The notes under the pieces were generated by a model. The model was given only the letters and a program-made list of their open reading frames with translations, was not told where the DNA came from and made no database searches. Both the position numbers and the translations under genes were made by a program. Of a stretch of 64,000 nt of DNA, positions 60,901 through 64,000 are shown piece after piece; positions within the stretch are counted from its first letter, which is position 1; every line of letters starts with the position of its first letter. Source of the stretch: Lingula anatina (taxonomy: Eukaryota > Animalia > Brachiopoda); contig CM120640.1 in assembly GCA_051362555.1 (NCBI GenBank), positions 49,268,788 to 49,332,787 on the forward strand, in the 5' to 3' direction.

Positions 60901-62495
60901 ATTACCAGGGTAATCTGGTTTTTTATGTATGTCAGTATATGATATTCCCCACTTCCAGTTCCTGTCAGTAAAACTGCTACAAGGAATTCACATTGCTATC
61001 TTGTTAAGAAGGGTATAGGAAAAGGGTTGCGTTTGGGGCGATTTATTCTTGGAAACGTTATGATGAACCATGCTGTGCGGTTATGCGTCAGATTGAATTT
61101 TCAGAAATAAATCACATGAAAAATTGAAATTCAGCTGATGGCCTATGCAAGATCTGTTTATTATCCGCATCTTGATATCTGCTCCATTATTTTAAAAGTG
61201 AGATCAGTCTTACATGCATATCAATTGAATTATAGCTTTAAAATCACCTCTATGGGGAACAGTGATATGATTTGATTATGTTTGCTCCGAGCAAAAGTTC
61301 CCGCCTTGTGCTCTCCAAATGTCAATTTAACATTTCCCCACTGAAATAGCTATTCTTGGAAAAATTTTTATAATCTACATAGGTCAATCCTTAATTTCTT
61401 TGGAGACAGGTCGCTGGGGACGATGGTGAGAGAAATATGAAAATATCAAGAACAGATATCACTGAGAATTAAAGTAATACTCTTTAAATATGATTTTCTG
61501 TGACTGCTCATTAAAATATCGATTTACAGGGCAAATAGTTTTTTCCCTAGGGCCGTTGTGCTGGTGCAAATGGACAGCAAAGCCAGTGATTGGATGTGCA
61601 AAAAAACAAAGATTTATGCTCCAGGCTCATATCAAAGCTCATAAAAGTGTTTTGATGGGGCGTTATCATACGGAAAGATGTTTTGTTTTGAGTAGAAGCG
61701 CACGAGATCTTCCACATTGCTCTGTTCACCTACATGATAAATGTACTTATAGCGTTATCTAAAATTGCCGTCGAAGACCGCAATTCATCATTGATTTCAC
61801 ATGTATGATAAACACACGTATTTTTGCCTTCATCAATGTGACTAATTGCTGGCTATGGAGATATGCAAAGAGCTTGGCGTTCAGATTTAATGTTCCATCT
61901 ACTCAAAATATCAAGATAAATATTGAATGAATGCTCGTTAGATTAAGCATGAATCTGCAGATGAAAGTACCCCAAGTTCTATAAATGACTAGGAGGATGC
62001 AGTGGATTACTAACTGTATGAAATTAATGCCACTAATTTCAAACCGTTAAAACGAAAGTAAGGTATAGATTTCGATTGTGCCAAGTGGAATTGTGAAAAG
62101 TGGAATTCACATAAAAGACTAATGCCATATAAAATGCCTTTTCAGTACATTTTTCAGGTACCTTATAACTAATTGGCTGAATTTATGCTTGACTAAGTAA
62201 CTTAGTTAATGATTGATTGACTGACTGACTGGCAATCTAACTGACCAACTTTTTAACTATAAGCAACTAACTTACTGGTCATCTTACTTACTCATTTTTA
62301 ACATACCTCTCGTCGTCCTGCGGTCTATCCACATTACGTCTTTACTGTATGTCTTACTCCCTGTCCCTTTTTTTATAACCACTTCCAAGTCTCCCGCCAA
62401 CCCACACCGTCATCATACCTACCCACATGCCCGCTTATCTGCCTACCTATAGGTACATGTACATATCTGCCTGACTGACGGCATACCTTTCCTTA

Positions 62496-62591
62496 CACAC
62501 GCGCGCGCGCGCGTATGTATGCCAACATACACACACACACATACACACCCGCACGCGCGCATGCATGCGAACACACACACACACACACACA

Positions 62592-62624
<33 letters not shown>

Positions 62625-62635
62625 CTTTTTTTTTT
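62496..62635. repeat. Compound (CG)n/(CA)n/(CT)n microsatellite
   Basis: Read directly. Confidence 0.9.
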
Positions 62636-64000
62636 CATGCACTGATTACATCCAACCGTCCATGCACCCAGGTTCCATGTCATCCATTCACGCACGCAAT
62701 CATTCATCCATCATGTGATATATGCAATTCAATGACTCTCTCTTTCATTTTCTTTTGTACAAATTTCCTACGAACACCACAGAATATAACACCAAGTAAG
62801 TCAACCCTTTGTTGCCTAACATGGGTACATGCGCGCTGATGTGTTAGAAGGGAAGCAGGTATGCATATGATTGATGCACGTAGTTGTATTGGTGTGATTG
62901 TTTTGTCTAAACTCCCTTATCATTTGCGCTACGAAAACATAGTTGAGGCAGAGACAGTGACTCATGTGATAGCTTAATTGAGCCATAGCAAACTAATGCT
63001 ACGAAGTCATTGTTTAGCGATTCAGGCACCTATGTTAATGATATTTCCACAGACTTTGTATATTTGTTCAAAACACAAAAGAGCTATTCTGTTTATCAAA
63101 TCGTGGTGAACCAAAGATACTTGAGCAGTGATTTAAAACTGAAAATAGCTAGTCTGCGAAGGGACATTAATTAGTCCAATTTACTGAATCGTTTACCCTC
63201 AATATATGGATAACTAATAAATCTATTAAATGTGAACTCTAACTTGGCAGAAGCATCTGGGCAAACTTACTTGAAATGCCTTGTGCTTGGCCAAACTTAA
63301 AGTATTTGCAAATAATACATTAGATTTAAAGTTATTTCATGTTATTTTGTTTTCAGTGGCTTTGGTTGATTTAACCATCTAGTTTGATCATATCAAAACA
63401 CAAAACAGAAACAATTTGATTACATTTTCACACGATCGTTTGAAGATGCTCTTTGTCTTTTTATTGATTTCTGTCACTTTGGCTGTAAATGTTGGTAAAC
63501 TTAAAGATATAAAAGACGATATATAGCCATTGTATACAGTCAAACTTTGCTAGGTTATACCCATCTACGCACATTAGAGAGTACTTTATAGGTTCTAGTA
63601 TCACATCTAGTTAGCAAATGGCCACTGGTCCTCTTGGAAGGAGAACAGGAAATTGTCTGTTAAGAAGAGTTATCTTTTATATATGGTATAACACGTAATC
63701 TTGACATCTTTTTTATTTTTATTTATCACGAGTACTTTTATTTATCACGATTCAGTATTTAGTTTTTTAATGTGAAAATTCACCGTGATAAAGAGATAAA
63801 CGATTGATATATTGTAACACAGTTTTCGAATTTTGGACTTAAACCTCATTTTATGGTTTCCCTTCAAAAATTATCGACTATTGTACACGGTATCATTCAC
63901 TCAAGGTAACAGACTTGCTATTTTCTCTGATTGGTTCCACTGAATCCATTTATAAGGTAGGTCTAAAGGTAAGCTTCAGGTCAAATTACAGTTGCAGTTG

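Overview
Eukaryotic, AT-rich invertebrate genomic DNA, probably lophotrochozoan/mollusc-like (inferred from the gene and repeat types). There are two convergent genes. (1) The last five coding exons and long 3' region of a sialin-like SLC17 anion transporter lie on + (657-4135). (2) A 5-HT7-type serotonin GPCR with an uninterrupted CDS lies on - (19375-20940); its coding exon begins at a splice acceptor near 21131 and carries two uORFs. The remaining ~43 kb upstream of the receptor has no intact gene and contains MITEs (PIF/Harbinger, hAT-like), LINE/SINE remnants and microsatellites. Less obvious signals are: a ~270-nt G:U-rich hairpin just after the SLC17 stop, with an AATAAA in its loop; a sharp CpG-depleted to CpG-normal transition near 8.4 kb; a decayed GT32/DXD glycosyltransferase pseudogene (~14.3-15.4 kb); a probable fossil Ulp1/SENP protease (~38.95-39.45 kb); and an unidentified coding-like fossil near 10 kb. 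I cannot support a genuinely new multi-gene system from the sequence alone.
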